Assembly: GCA_018396415.1 (NCBI GenBank)
Contig: JAGTRE010000004.1
Coordinates: 21,380 to 85,379, forward strand
Direction of reading: 5' to 3'
DNA: 64,000 bases
Origin: Candidatus Bathyarchaeota archaeon
GTDB taxonomy: Archaea > Thermoproteota > Bathyarchaeia > RBG-16-48-13 > JAGTRE01
The position numbers were made by a program, and so were the translations under genes. The notes below the pieces were generated by a model. The model did not search any database and was not told the DNA's origin. It worked only from the letters and a program-made list of their open reading frames with translations. Below are positions 47,259 through 58,357 of this stretch, piece by piece (within the stretch, counting starts at the first letter, position 1; each line of letters opens with the position of its first letter).

Positions 47259-49472
47259 ATGGGGAGTATTAGTTATATGAGAAGAATTGATGCATTAGTT
47301 GTTCGGAAGAGTAAAGGAACAGTAGAACCATTTGATAGGCAGAAAATCGTTGAAAGTTTAGTTGACGAAGCGAATGTAGACCGCCGTATAGCGATGGAAA
47401 TAGCTAGTGAAGTTGAGATAGAGATACGTCACATGGACTTGGAGTTTATCAGTGCGCCTCTCATTCGAGAAATTGTAAACGCTAAACTTCTTGAATACGG
47501 GCTGGAAGATGCTCGAAAAGTTTACACCAGAGTAGGATTGCCCGTAGCCGACGTTGAAAGGATGATCGCAGGCGTGCACTGGTACTCCAAGGAGAATGCC
47601 AATTTGCAACGTAATCCAGAAACCATCCATAAACTTCTTGCCGACTCCGTAATTCGTGAGCATACGTTACTAAAAATTCTTCCGATAAAACTGAGTGACA
47701 TGCACATGAAAGGTGCAATTCATATTCATGAGCTGGAATACTTCCCCACTAGACCATTTTGCCAATCACATGATGCTCGCTTCTTCTTTAAACACGGTTT
47801 CGTCGCTGATGGAACAGGGACTCACACCGCGGTAGCAGGTCCAGCCAAAAAAGCTGAGGTGGCACTGCTTCACGCTTTAAAAGTCTTACAGGCAAGTCAG
47901 GTGAACTGCGGTGGTGGACAGGGATTACATAATTTCACTGTTTTTATGGCTCCATATCTAAGAGGTTTGGACTATAGTACTTTGAAGCAGCTTGCTCAGA
48001 CGATGTTCTTTGAGTTGGGTGAAATGTATGTTGCACGTGGTGGGCAAACCGTGTTTTCAAGTGTATCATTAGAACCAGGTATCCCTAAAGCCTACCAAGA
48101 TATACCAGCCATAGGACCTGGTGGCAAGGAAGTTGGCGTTTACAGCGATTACGCCGATGAAACCACTCGTTTCTTTGATGCAATTGTCGAAGTTGCCCTC
48201 GACGGCGACTACATGGGAAAACCATTTAATTGGCCTAAATTAGAAATTAGGCTGACGCGCGATTGGTTCCAGGCCTATAACAAAGAATTTCTCCTATCTT
48301 CTCAATTAGCTGCTAAGTTCGGCAGTCCATATTACTTCAACGCTGGGGCTCCCTACATGCCGGGAGAAATGATATGTACCCAATGTTGCCGGTACTACAT
48401 GCAGCATGCGGATTGGAATGATGAACACGATCTACTTAACGGTACTCTTCGTGGGGGAGTTATCCAGAATATTACAGTAAATCTTCCGCAATGCGCCTAC
48501 GAGGCCGACGGTGATGACGATCGACTTTTTGAGGAGATCGATCGTAGAATGGCAGCATCCCGTGATGTATTACTAATTAAGATTAATGAAATGAAAAAGC
48601 GGCTTGCTGAAGGATTTCTTCCATTTCTTTCGCAACCGGTTGATGATAATCCCTATAAAATTAAATGGTATGATTACGAATACATTGATGATGACGAAGG
48701 ACAACTGCAAGTTAAGTCAAGCCATGAGGCACATCTTGCCGGTACACCCTATCTCGTACCTGAACGGCAAGGAGCTACCATCGGCGTTTTAGGTCTAAAT
48801 GAGATGCTTAAGGCGCATATCGGTAGTGAACTTCATGAGAGTCGCGATGCATGGAAATTCGGATTAAAAGTTATCAATCGGATGCGGCGAACTGTTGATG
48901 AGTATACCAAGGCAACTGGAGTGTACTTTGGCCTAGTTCAGTCCCCCGCTGAATCATGTGCTCATAGGCTTGCACTTATTGACTTAAGGACCTATGGAAG
49001 ATCAAAAGTAGTTGTACAAGGCAACCCTGATAACGGAGAGCAAGGAGTTCCAGCTGTTTATTACACTAACTCGACTCACGTTAGAGTTTCAGCTCCCATT
49101 GCACTATGGGAAAGAATTAGAATTGAAGCTAGTTTTCACCCGCTCTTCAATGGAGGAACTATTCTGCATGTTTTCCTTGGTGAAGCCTATCCAGACCCTG
49201 AAGCGGTGTGGAAACTTACAGAGTGTATCGCGACAAAGACACTGACCGGCTACTTTACCTATACCCGTGATCTCACTATTTGTAAGCGTTGTAAAACGGT
49301 ACACAGTGGTTTGCAACGCCTGTGTCCAAACTGTAATGCCGGAGGCGCTGATCTCGAACACTGGAGTCGAATAACTGGTTATTACCAAGAAGTTAGTGGG
49401 TGGAATGCCGGCAAGAAAGCTGAACTTATGGATCGTTACCGACATGACATCAAGGTGAAATTATTTGATTAA
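47259..49472 (+). CDS. nrdD: Anaerobic (class III) ribonucleoside-triphosphate reductase NrdD with an N-terminal ATP-cone
   Basis: ATP-cone VVRKSKGTVEPFDRQKIV, Cys-containing finger loop ICTQCCRYY, zinc ribbon CKRC..CPNC, and glycyl-radical motif SRITGYY near the C-terminus. Confidence 0.85.
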   Translation: MGSISYMRRIDALVVRKSKGTVEPFDRQKIVESLVDEANVDRRIAMEIASEVEIEIRHMDLEFISAPLIREIVNAKLLEYGLEDARKVYTRVGLPVADVERMIAGVHWYSKENANLQRNPETIHKLLADSVIREHTLLKILPIKLSDMHMKGAIHIHELEYFPTRPFCQSHDARFFFKHGFVADGTGTHTAVAGPAKKAEVALLHALKVLQASQVNCGGGQGLHNFTVFMAPYLRGLDYSTLKQLAQTMFFELGEMYVARGGQTVFSSVSLEPGIPKAYQDIPAIGPGGKEVGVYSDYADETTRFFDAIVEVALDGDYMGKPFNWPKLEIRLTRDWFQAYNKEFLLSSQLAAKFGSPYYFNAGAPYMPGEMICTQCCRYYMQHADWNDEHDLLNGTLRGGVIQNITVNLPQCAYEADGDDDRLFEEIDRRMAASRDVLLIKINEMKKRLAEGFLPFLSQPVDDNPYKIKWYDYEYIDDDEGQLQVKSSHEAHLAGTPYLVPERQGATIGVLGLNEMLKAHIGSELHESRDAWKFGLKVINRMRRTVDEYTKATGVYFGLVQSPAESCAHRLALIDLRTYGRSKVVVQGNPDNGEQGVPAVYYTNSTHVRVSAPIALWERIRIEASFHPLFNGGTILHVFLGEAYPDPEAVWKLTECIATKTLTGYFTYTRDLTICKRCKTVHSGLQRLCPNCNAGGADLEHWSRITGYYQEVSGWNAGKKAELMDRYRHDIKVKLFD

Positions 49473-49740
49473 ATTGCTTCTTTTTATCTCTCCTACTTGT
49501 CCTCACTGTCCAGCAGCGAAAGATGTTGCTGAAAAATTGAAGAAAATTCGAGATGATGTTGAGGTCGAAGTCTTAGACATTTCTAACCAAGAGAACTTTA
49601 CAACCGCATTAATGCTTCAGGTGGCGTCGACACCAACTTTCGTACTTGGAGAGACCCCCATTTTTGTTGGATGTGTGCCTTCTCTTGAAGAGTTAGATAC
49701 AAAAATCAGAGAATACGCCGGAAGAATCGGTGTGAAGTAG
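49465..49740 (+). CDS. Small thioredoxin/glutaredoxin-fold protein (CPHC active site), NrdH-like by context
   Basis: LLFISPTCPHCPAAK; 91 aa. The TTG start overlaps the nrdD stop by 8 nt. Confidence 0.65.
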   Translation: MIKLLLFISPTCPHCPAAKDVAEKLKKIRDDVEVEVLDISNQENFTTALMLQVASTPTFVLGETPIFVGCVPSLEELDTKIREYAGRIGVK

Positions 49741-49774
49741 AATATATTTTCCAAATCATCTAACAGAATAATGT

Positions 49775-50716
<942 letters not shown>

Positions 50717-51073
50717 TCATTCAAATGATGGAAGGCTTTGTCATTAAATAACTCTTGCTTAATACCTAGCAAACGCGAGTTTTTCGGAGATTGTTATCCA
50801 GATTAAATTATTAAAAGAACTTCAACCATTCCCAGTTGATATGCGCTCTAAGTTGATAATTACTTATACGAGTTCACATCCCTGATTAATGAAGGTGGAA
50901 CATTGTACTCGCCCTATAACTATTTTATTAGCCGAAATGTTGGATCCGTTGGATCTTCTACCGCACATCCCTTTATTCGTCATTAAAACAGCTTTCATAA
51001 GTGAAGCCCCAAAATATCTCTGCCTAAACACTTTCATAGAAAAAGATCTTAATATCAAGCCAGGGTTAAACCT

Positions 51074-51544
51074 ATGCCCAGTGAGGAAGAAGAACTCCGT
51101 GTAAAGAAAATTCGAGAAGGAACAGTAATCGACCACATAACGTCAGGACATGCGTTAACAGTTCTCAGAATTCTGGGGATCTTCGGCCGAGAAGGGGGAG
51201 TTGTAAGCGCTGCCATGAACGTTCCAAGTAAAAAAATCAAGCGCAAGGATATAGTAAAAATTGAAGGCCGTGAACTTCGTCCGGAGGAGGTAGACAAAAT
51301 TGCTTTAATTGCTCCACGGGCAACAATCAACATCATCCGTGATTATAAGGTAATTCGCAAGGAGAAGGTAAATCTTCCCAAGGTTATCCGTGGAATTGTT
51401 CGATGCGCCAACCCGACATGTATTTCGAACAGTCGCGAACCAGTTCAATCTACCTTCATTGTTGAATGTGAAGACCCACTTCGTCTGAGATGTCACTACT
51501 GTAGTCGCATAATGGAGAAAGATGACATTCTTAAACAGCTTTAA
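51074..51544 (+). CDS. pyrI: Aspartate carbamoyltransferase regulatory subunit
   Basis: [15 protein letters not shown], and a C-terminal zinc domain [12 protein letters not shown]. Confidence 0.85.
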   Translation: MPSEEEELRVKKIREGTVIDHITSGHALTVLRILGIFGREGGVVSAAMNVPSKKIKRKDIVKIEGRELRPEEVDKIALIAPRATINIIRDYKVIRKEKVNLPKVIRGIVRCANPTCISNSREPVQSTFIVECEDPLRLRCHYCSRIMEKDDILKQL

Positions 51545-51626
51545 TATTATTCATTGAAGAAAATACTTTTACGTAATCTTCTATTGTTCAATTATCGATA
51601 GTTTCGTGGAAACGAGGGTGCAGTGA

Positions 51627-51953
51627 ATGTCTGAGGAAGTGTTTGAGAGCATTCTTGAAGCTGAACGAAGAGCTGAAGAAATCCTAAGTAATGCTCAAAA
51701 AGAGGCTACGCGAATTGAACGGGAAGCTGAGTTAAAATCTCGCGAAGTTTATGAGGAAATGTATAAGAAGATTATCGACGAAGCTCGACGTTCCGCCTCT
51801 AAGATAATTGAGCAGGCAAAAAGTGAAACTGAAAAAGAAGTGCAGCGGATGTTACGGGATATGGAAGATGAGATTAAAAATTTACGTGCAATCGCTGAAA
51901 AAAACATGGGCAACGTCGTTAAGTTGTGTTTCCAGTTTTTAACAAAGTTCTAG
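51627..51953 (+). CDS. atpH: A/V-type ATP synthase subunit H (peripheral stalk, coiled coil)
   Basis: 108-aa charged coiled coil at the head of the ATPase operon. Confidence 0.6.
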   Translation: MSEEVFESILEAERRAEEILSNAQKEATRIEREAELKSREVYEEMYKKIIDEARRSASKIIEQAKSETEKEVQRMLRDMEDEIKNLRAIAEKNMGNVVKLCFQFLTKF

Positions 51954-51957
51954 TTAG

Positions 51958-52596
51958 GTGGTTCACGTGGAGAAGAACACACTACTACTGGACAAGATAA
52001 TCAAAGACGCCGAGGAAGAAGCAGCGAACATTATAAAACGATCCCAGCAAGCAGCTGAGGAGTTGTTAAAAAAACAGGAAACTGAAGCAAAGCAAAAAGC
52101 TGAAGCAGAGGCTGCTAGAATTCTTGAATCTGCACGAGAAGAAGCTGCTCGAATTAGACGCAGTATGATTGCTGATGCTAAGATTAGAGTTAATTGGAAT
52201 CTCTTAAAGGAGAAAGAAAAACTGATCGATCAAACACTTGATCAAGTGATGAAGGAGTTAATGCAATTTACTAAATCCTCAGCCTATAACGAATTTCTTG
52301 AAAAAATTTCTTTAGCTTCGGCGAAAGTTATGAATGGGGGAGAGATTGAATTAATTCTAAACGAGCGGGATGCAAATCTTCAAATCGATATCTCAAAGAT
52401 TTCGGAGAGGGTATCTGCTGAAACTGGCATAAAGACGGTAATTAAATTGTCATCTGAAAGGCATAGAGGTTGCGGGGGTATCATTATGAAAACAACTGAT
52501 GGTAGAATCACTATCGATAACACACTTGATAGCATTTTTGCACGTCATGCAAATGCTCTCCGTCTTAAAATTGCTAATGAATTATTCGCGAAGTAG
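51958..52596 (+). CDS. atpE: A/V-type ATP synthase subunit E
   Basis: 212 aa: an N-terminal long helix (EEAANIIKRSQQAAEELLKKQE..) and a C-terminal globular domain. Position in the operon supports the call. Confidence 0.7.
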   Translation: MVHVEKNTLLLDKIIKDAEEEAANIIKRSQQAAEELLKKQETEAKQKAEAEAARILESAREEAARIRRSMIADAKIRVNWNLLKEKEKLIDQTLDQVMKELMQFTKSSAYNEFLEKISLASAKVMNGGEIELILNERDANLQIDISKISERVSAETGIKTVIKLSSERHRGCGGIIMKTTDGRITIDNTLDSIFARHANALRLKIANELFAK

Positions 52597-52612
52597 TTAG
52601 GGAGTCTCATAG

Positions 52613-52936
52613 ATGGCAAGGATTGCGGTCATCGCAGATAGGGATACAGCCGTATACTTCCGACTAGCAGGAATAAAAGACAGTTATTCGGTTAAAGATT
52701 CGCAAGAAGCTGAAAGAAAGCTGATTGAGATCTCTCAGAATACTGAAATCGCAGTTATTATTATAGCTGAGCGTCTAGCCGAAGAAATTCAGCATGTAAT
52801 TACTAAAATTAGTGAAAAACGACTTTATCCGCTTATAATCTCAGTCCCCGATAAACACGGGCCAATCCCTAGAAAAATCGATCCAATAGCTGAACTTATT
52901 AAGCGCACGGTTGGTGTGGAAATAAAGGTGGAATGA
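52613..52936 (+). CDS. atpF: A/V-type ATP synthase subunit F
   Basis: [21 protein letters not shown]; 107 aa. Confidence 0.75.
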   Translation: MARIAVIADRDTAVYFRLAGIKDSYSVKDSQEAERKLIEISQNTEIAVIIIAERLAEEIQHVITKISEKRLYPLIISVPDKHGPIPRKIDPIAELIKRTVGVEIKVE

Positions 52937-52940
52937 TCCA

Positions 52941-54710
52941 TTGAGAATAGGTGAAATTATTCGAATTGCTGGCCCTGTAGTTACGGCCCGCAATATGACT
53001 GGTTCACAAATGTATGAACTTGTCAAAGTCGGGGATGTCGGTTTAATTGGCGAAATTATCCGGATCGAAGGTGACCGGGCAACAATCCAAGTCTATGAGG
53101 AGACTACGGGAATTAAACCCGGTGAAAGGGTTGAAGGAACTGGGAAGCCCCTTTCGGTTGAACTAGGCCCGGGATTGATTGGACAAACTTATGATGGTAT
53201 TCAACGGCCGCTTCCGGCTTTACAAGAGCTCGTAGGATACTTTGTGCGAAGAGGCGTTTCAGCTCCAGCACTCAATAGATCGAAAAAGTGGGTATTTAAG
53301 CCAACGGTTTCCCTTAATGAAAAAGTTGCAGGCGGCTCCATTCTTGGAACAGTTCAGGAGACGCCTCAGGTCACGCAGCGTATTCTTGTTCCCCCACGTG
53401 TTTCAGGTAAGGTGAAACACATAGCCAAAGAAGGCGAATACACCGTAGTTGACGAGATTGCTGAAATAGAGACTAGTTATGGCATCGAAAAGTTATCGCT
53501 TATGCACAGTTGGCCTGTCCGCCAAGCTAGACCCTATATACGTAAAATTCCTCCCGACACACCACTACTTACAGGGCAGAGAATTATCGATACATTCTTC
53601 CCTATTGCAAAGGGTGGAACCGCTGCTATTCCAGGCGGTTTTGGTACGGGAAAGACAGTTATGCAACATCAACTTGCACAATGGGCAGATGCAGACATAA
53701 TTATATACGTCGGTTGCGGGGAGCGAGGAAATGAAATGGCAGAAGTTTTGGAAAGGTTCCCGAAGCTTAAGGATCCGCGCTCCGGTCAGCCATTAATGAC
53801 TCGAACGATTCTTGTCGCCAATACATCAAATATGCCAATCGCCGCCCGGGAGGCAAGCATTTACACCGGGATAACTTTGGGAGAATACTTTCGCGATATG
53901 GGCTACGATGTGGCCCTCATGGCTGATTCCACCAGTCGATGGGCAGAAGCTCTTCGTGAAATATCCGGTCGATTAGAAGAAATGCCCGGGGAGGAAGGTT
54001 ACCCCGCCTATCTTGCATCTCGTTTAGCAGACTTTTATGAACGTGCTGGACGTGTGGAAACTTTAGGAGGGCGTATCGGATCGGTATCGATTGTCGGAGC
54101 AGTTTCACCACCTGGTGCTGACTTTTCTGAACCCGTTACCCAAAATACCCTTCGTGTCATTAAGGTCTTCTGGGCACTTGACACAAGTCTCGCACAGCGT
54201 CGGCATTTCCCCTCGATTAATTGGCTGAACAGCTACTCACTATACCTAGATACCATGGAGGACTGGTTTAGTAAAAATGTAAATCCTGAATGGTCTAAGC
54301 TGCGAAGCGAGGCGATGTATATCTTGCAGAGAGAAGAAGAACTACGTGAGATCGTTCAACTAGTTGGTCCTGACGCCCTCTCTGAAAGTCAACGTGTATT
54401 TCTGGAGGTTGCTAGAATGATTCGTGAGGACTACCTTATGCAAAGTGCCTACCACTCAATAGATTCCTACTGTCCCATCGAGAAGGCTTATTACATGTTA
54501 TCAATAATCCTCAAATTTTACCATCGAATGCGCAGCCTCGTTGAACGCGGCATCCCCCTTGCCAAGATTCTTGCTCTTCCAGTTAGGGAAAAGATAGCTC
54601 GAATGAAAATTCAGCCTATCAAAGGCTTTGAAAAGACAGCCGAGGAAATCGGGAGAGAAATAGATCAGGCATGTAGTAAGTTAATGGAAGAAGCCTTGGG
54701 AGGCACCTGA
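52941..54710 (+). CDS. atpA: A/V-type ATP synthase catalytic subunit A
   Basis: [11 protein letters not shown]-loop, and [21 protein letters not shown]. 589 aa, so no intein. Confidence 0.92.
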   Translation: MRIGEIIRIAGPVVTARNMTGSQMYELVKVGDVGLIGEIIRIEGDRATIQVYEETTGIKPGERVEGTGKPLSVELGPGLIGQTYDGIQRPLPALQELVGYFVRRGVSAPALNRSKKWVFKPTVSLNEKVAGGSILGTVQETPQVTQRILVPPRVSGKVKHIAKEGEYTVVDEIAEIETSYGIEKLSLMHSWPVRQARPYIRKIPPDTPLLTGQRIIDTFFPIAKGGTAAIPGGFGTGKTVMQHQLAQWADADIIIYVGCGERGNEMAEVLERFPKLKDPRSGQPLMTRTILVANTSNMPIAAREASIYTGITLGEYFRDMGYDVALMADSTSRWAEALREISGRLEEMPGEEGYPAYLASRLADFYERAGRVETLGGRIGSVSIVGAVSPPGADFSEPVTQNTLRVIKVFWALDTSLAQRRHFPSINWLNSYSLYLDTMEDWFSKNVNPEWSKLRSEAMYILQREEELREIVQLVGPDALSESQRVFLEVARMIREDYLMQSAYHSIDSYCPIEKAYYMLSIILKFYHRMRSLVERGIPLAKILALPVREKIARMKIQPIKGFEKTAEEIGREIDQACSKLMEEALGGT

Positions 54711-54712
54711 CA

Positions 54713-56131
54713 GTGGCATCGATTTTAGCCAGTCGTCGTTACTCGACGGTCCGTGAAATTACTGGGCCTCTCCTTTTTGTCGAGGCTATTTCAGGAGTTG
54801 GTTTCGGAGAACTTGTTGAAATTGAGACACCGAGCGGTGAAAGGCGCCGCGGGCAAGTTTTAGAAGTTGGAGAAGGTATTGCCGTTATTCAAGTCTTTGA
54901 AGGTACACGTGGACTTGCAACCACAGAAACTGTAGTCCGATTTACTGGTGAAACCATTAAGCTTCCAGTCACCACAGGTTTACTTGGTCGAATTTTAGAT
55001 GGAAGCGGTCAAGTTATCGACGGTGGGCCACCTATAATTCCTGAGGATTACTGGGATATTCATGGAGCTCCAATGAACCCATATAGCCGTGCACATCCAA
55101 GCGAATTCATCCAAACCGGGATAAGCGTAATTGACGGAATGAACACTCTTGTCCGCGGGCAGAAACTTCCACTATTTTCGGGCAGCGGGTTACCTCACAA
55201 TCAAATTGCCGCCCAAATCACAAGACAAGCTACAGTGCCAGGCAAAGAGGAAGCTTTTGCCATAATCTTTGCCGCTATGGGGATCACGGCCGATGAAGCA
55301 CGCTTTTTTAAGGATGATTTTACCAAACAAGGTGCTTTAGATCGGGTTGTCATGTTCGTTAACCTTGCAGAGGACCCTGCCATCGAACGTCTCATAACCC
55401 CACGGCTTGCTCTCACCGCTGCTGAATACCTAGCTTATACGCAAGATTATCATGTGCTCGTTATCCTTACTGATATGACAAATTATGCTGAGGCTCTTCG
55501 TGAAATTTCTGCAGCAAGAGAAGAAGTTCCGGGTAGGCGAGGTTATCCTGGTTATCTTTACACAGACCTCGCTACCATATACGAACGGGCAGGCCGTATT
55601 CATGGGAAGAAGGGGTCTATAACACAACTGCCAATTCTAACCATGCCTCACGATGACATCACGCATCCTATCCCTGATCTGTCAGGCTATATCACCGAGG
55701 GTCAGCTCATTGTGGATCGGGGTTTGTACCGGAAGGGAATTTATCCCCCGATTGACCCATTGCCGTCATTAAGTCGGCTTATGAACGAGGGAATTGGGGA
55801 GGGCAACACACGTGCAGATCATCGTGAAGTTTCTGATTGCCTTTACTATGCGTTTTCAGAGGGAAAGAGTCTGCGAGATCTTGTAGCTGTAATTGGAGAA
55901 GAGGCACTAACGGACCGTGATAAGCTCTATTTAAAGTTTGCAGATGATTTTGAGCGGCGCTTCATTAACCAAGGATTATACGAAAATCGATCGATAGAGG
56001 AAACATTAGATTTGGGCTGGGAGCTTTTGTCCGTTTTCCCGGAAACTGAATTGAAGCGGGCGGATCCTGCAACAATTAAGAAATTTCTGCCAAAATATCG
56101 GGGGGCTGTGATCGGTTCAAGTAAGTTATAA
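54713..56131 (+). CDS. atpB: A/V-type ATP synthase subunit B
   Basis: [19 protein letters not shown] and [21 protein letters not shown]. Confidence 0.92.
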   Translation: MASILASRRYSTVREITGPLLFVEAISGVGFGELVEIETPSGERRRGQVLEVGEGIAVIQVFEGTRGLATTETVVRFTGETIKLPVTTGLLGRILDGSGQVIDGGPPIIPEDYWDIHGAPMNPYSRAHPSEFIQTGISVIDGMNTLVRGQKLPLFSGSGLPHNQIAAQITRQATVPGKEEAFAIIFAAMGITADEARFFKDDFTKQGALDRVVMFVNLAEDPAIERLITPRLALTAAEYLAYTQDYHVLVILTDMTNYAEALREISAAREEVPGRRGYPGYLYTDLATIYERAGRIHGKKGSITQLPILTMPHDDITHPIPDLSGYITEGQLIVDRGLYRKGIYPPIDPLPSLSRLMNEGIGEGNTRADHREVSDCLYYAFSEGKSLRDLVAVIGEEALTDRDKLYLKFADDFERRFINQGLYENRSIEETLDLGWELLSVFPETELKRADPATIKKFLPKYRGAVIGSSKL

Positions 56132-56177
56132 ATTAAATGACAATAAACTTCCTTCAGTTATTCATGTGTGATCGAGA

Positions 56178-56852
56178 ATGGCTTCAAGGGTTATCAGTGG
56201 TGTTCGTCCAACTCGTATGGAATTATTAATGCTGAAGAAGCGGAGGATGTTAGCGCAACGGGGGCATGACCTTCTCCAAGAGAAACGCGATGCACTTGTA
56301 ATGGAATTTTTCGGCTTTATTCACGAAATCGCCCCGCTCCGAGCTAAGGCGTATAAAGCGCTCATCGAAGGATATGCAGCTTGTGTCGATGCTCAAATGA
56401 TGATAGGCTCTAGAAAACTTGAGGAGATTTCCTTAAGCATCCCAGATCGCTACAACCTAGATGTCAAGATGAGGAATGTCATCGGAGTTACAATTCCTCT
56501 GTTTAAACTTGTTGAAAAGGGGGAGTTAAAAGGTACCATTCAATATAATTTATTAGAAACTTCCTCAAGACTTGATGAAGCTGTTGAGAAGCTCCGCGTG
56601 GCGCTTGAAGCTGTAATAAGGTTAGCTGAAGTAGAGGCCGCTATACGGAGGCTCGCTGAAGCTATAATTGTTACAAAAAGGAGAGTTAACGCCCTAAAAT
56701 ATAGAATTATACCGCTGCTAACCAGCACCGTGAATTATATTGAGATGCAACTTGAAGAGCGCGAGCGTGAGGACTTCTTTAGGTTAAAGCGAATCAAAAC
56801 CCTACATGAAGTTAAAGCAGGCAAGAGCAAGATTTTTCAGGAATTCGTTTGA
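56178..56852 (+). CDS. atpD: A/V-type ATP synthase subunit D
   Basis: VRPTRMELLMLKKRRMLAQRGHDLLQEKRDAL. Confidence 0.85.
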   Translation: MASRVISGVRPTRMELLMLKKRRMLAQRGHDLLQEKRDALVMEFFGFIHEIAPLRAKAYKALIEGYAACVDAQMMIGSRKLEEISLSIPDRYNLDVKMRNVIGVTIPLFKLVEKGELKGTIQYNLLETSSRLDEAVEKLRVALEAVIRLAEVEAAIRRLAEAIIVTKRRVNALKYRIIPLLTSTVNYIEMQLEEREREDFFRLKRIKTLHEVKAGKSKIFQEFV

Positions 56853-56904
56853 TTTTTCTGCATTGCCTGTTAGTATCCAATCAATTGGAACAGCAACAGC
56901 GATT

Positions 56905-57276
56905 TTATTGGGTATTTTTCGACTGCAAAAATAGAATGGCCCGTGCAAGATCACCTTCTGTTTCTTCAAGTGCTTTCCTCGCTTCCTCCAAGGGTTTTCC
57001 AGTCTGACTGGCCACTAGTTGAACGTCTTCATCTCGAATAGCAATTTTTCTTTCCATGACAATGGCTCTCTCGGCAATATTTTGTCCCGTTAATTGAAAG
57101 ATCTTTTGACCTTGAACCTCAAAAACTGTAACGCTCGGATTTTCAAGAATGATTTCTTTTTCTGCTGTTTTTATAATCACTTGTAGAACGTTAGGAACAT
57201 CTTGGAGACGTACTCCCATCTGTTTCATCATTCGATCTTGGAGGCGTTTTGCCTCCCGAGGGCTAATCCGGCGCAT
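56905..57276 (-). CDS. nac: Nascent polypeptide-associated complex protein (NAC + UBA)
   Basis: A NAC beta-barrel segment (VIIKTAEKEIILENPSVTVFEVQGQKIFQLTG) and a C-terminal UBA-like EEARKALEETEGDLARAILFL. Confidence 0.8.
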   Translation of the reverse strand: MRRISPREAKRLQDRMMKQMGVRLQDVPNVLQVIIKTAEKEIILENPSVTVFEVQGQKIFQLTGQNIAERAIVMERKIAIRDEDVQLVASQTGKPLEEARKALEETEGDLARAILFLQSKNTQ

Positions 57277-57278
57277 TC

Positions 57279-57743
57279 TTAACCCTCCATAATACTCCTT
57301 CTCACTTTTACGGCGACGCCCCTCTTAAACGCTAGCATCTCCAAACCCGTCAGCAATGCTCTCCCAACGGCAAGCACTTCTCCCATTCTATTTGTGACAA
57401 TAACTTCTTCGTTGGGGCGAATCTCCGGATCTGCTTCCATCACATGCTTTGAAAAAACGCTTCCACCAGCGGCGATTAAATCAATCACATCATCTTGGAC
57501 AACTACTCTAAGCCTTGGCTTCTTAAAAGCCGTCAATAGCCTTCTCGCCCCGTCCAGTGTCAATGCGAGCAATCCATCTGTTGGACGCAAGGTTGCCAGC
57601 ATCTTCTTATCTAGGTAAATATGTCTAATTCGGCCTGTTGTTTTGGAATATACGAAGTCAACATTTTCTGGAAACAGAGCGAATCCTGCACCTCTTCCAA
57701 ACTGATAATCAGCTAAAGCTCTAACCTTCTGAATATCAGCCAT
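57279..57743 (-). CDS. PUA-domain RNA-binding protein
   Basis: RALADYQFGRGAG.. N-terminal domain and a C-terminal PUA-like EVIVTNRMGEVLAVGRALL. ATG at 57743 is preferred over the track start at 57776. Confidence 0.6.
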   Translation of the reverse strand: MADIQKVRALADYQFGRGAGFALFPENVDFVYSKTTGRIRHIYLDKKMLATLRPTDGLLALTLDGARRLLTAFKKPRLRVVVQDDVIDLIAAGGSVFSKHVMEADPEIRPNEEVIVTNRMGEVLAVGRALLTGLEMLAFKRGVAVKVRRSIMEG

Positions 57744-57838
57744 TTTTATCCTCAAAGTCAATCTAAATAACCTCACTTCGACAACTATAAAGAAGACTGA
57801 AGGTATAAAACCAACTGAGTACTTAGGGGTATTATTTA

Positions 57839-58357
57839 TTGGTCTGTTGTGAGGTTTGCGGAAAACCTATTAATGGGGCTCCCAACCGGGTTATCATTGC
57901 AGGGGCTAAACTTCTAGTTTGTAGTGAATGCGTTAAACTTGGATCAACTACTTGGGAAGTCAAACCTGAAGCACCGGTTAGTTCAAAAGCAAGTCTAACG
58001 CCAATTAGAAAATTCCAATCCGTTGATAGAAAACCGAGAAAGATTATGATCCCGGAAATTGAAATAGTCGAAAATTATCCGACGCTCATTCGGAAGGCAA
58101 GAGAAAAACAAAAGTTAGACCATGCAGAGTTAGGAAAACGAATAGGAGAAAAAATCTCCGTTATTCAAAAACTTGAAACCGGTCGATTAATTCCAGATGA
58201 GTTGCTCGCAAAAAAGCTTGAGCATGCCCTAAGGATTAAACTTCTCGTCCCCACTATGGAGCCGCCGGTTAAATCAACTCCTCAGCCTCGGGAACTTACT
58301 CTGGGAGACGTAGTGGAAATACGAAAGAAAGAACCGAGCGTGAAATCGATTTCATGA
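57839..58357 (+). CDS. mbf1: Archaeal multiprotein bridging factor 1 (zinc ribbon + XRE HTH)
   Basis: CEVCGKPI..CSEC, followed by LDHAELGKRIGEKISVIQKLETGRL. Confidence 0.75.
   Translation: MVCCEVCGKPINGAPNRVIIAGAKLLVCSECVKLGSTTWEVKPEAPVSSKASLTPIRKFQSVDRKPRKIMIPEIEIVENYPTLIRKAREKQKLDHAELGKRIGEKISVIQKLETGRLIPDELLAKKLEHALRIKLLVPTMEPPVKSTPQPRELTLGDVVEIRKKEPSVKSIS

Noticed and set aside
50864-51136. Track ORFs 50864..51136(-) and 50889..51104(+) in the pyrB-pyrI spacer
   Set aside because: They overlap each other and the pyrI start, have no motifs, and lie in the region expected to hold two divergent promoters.
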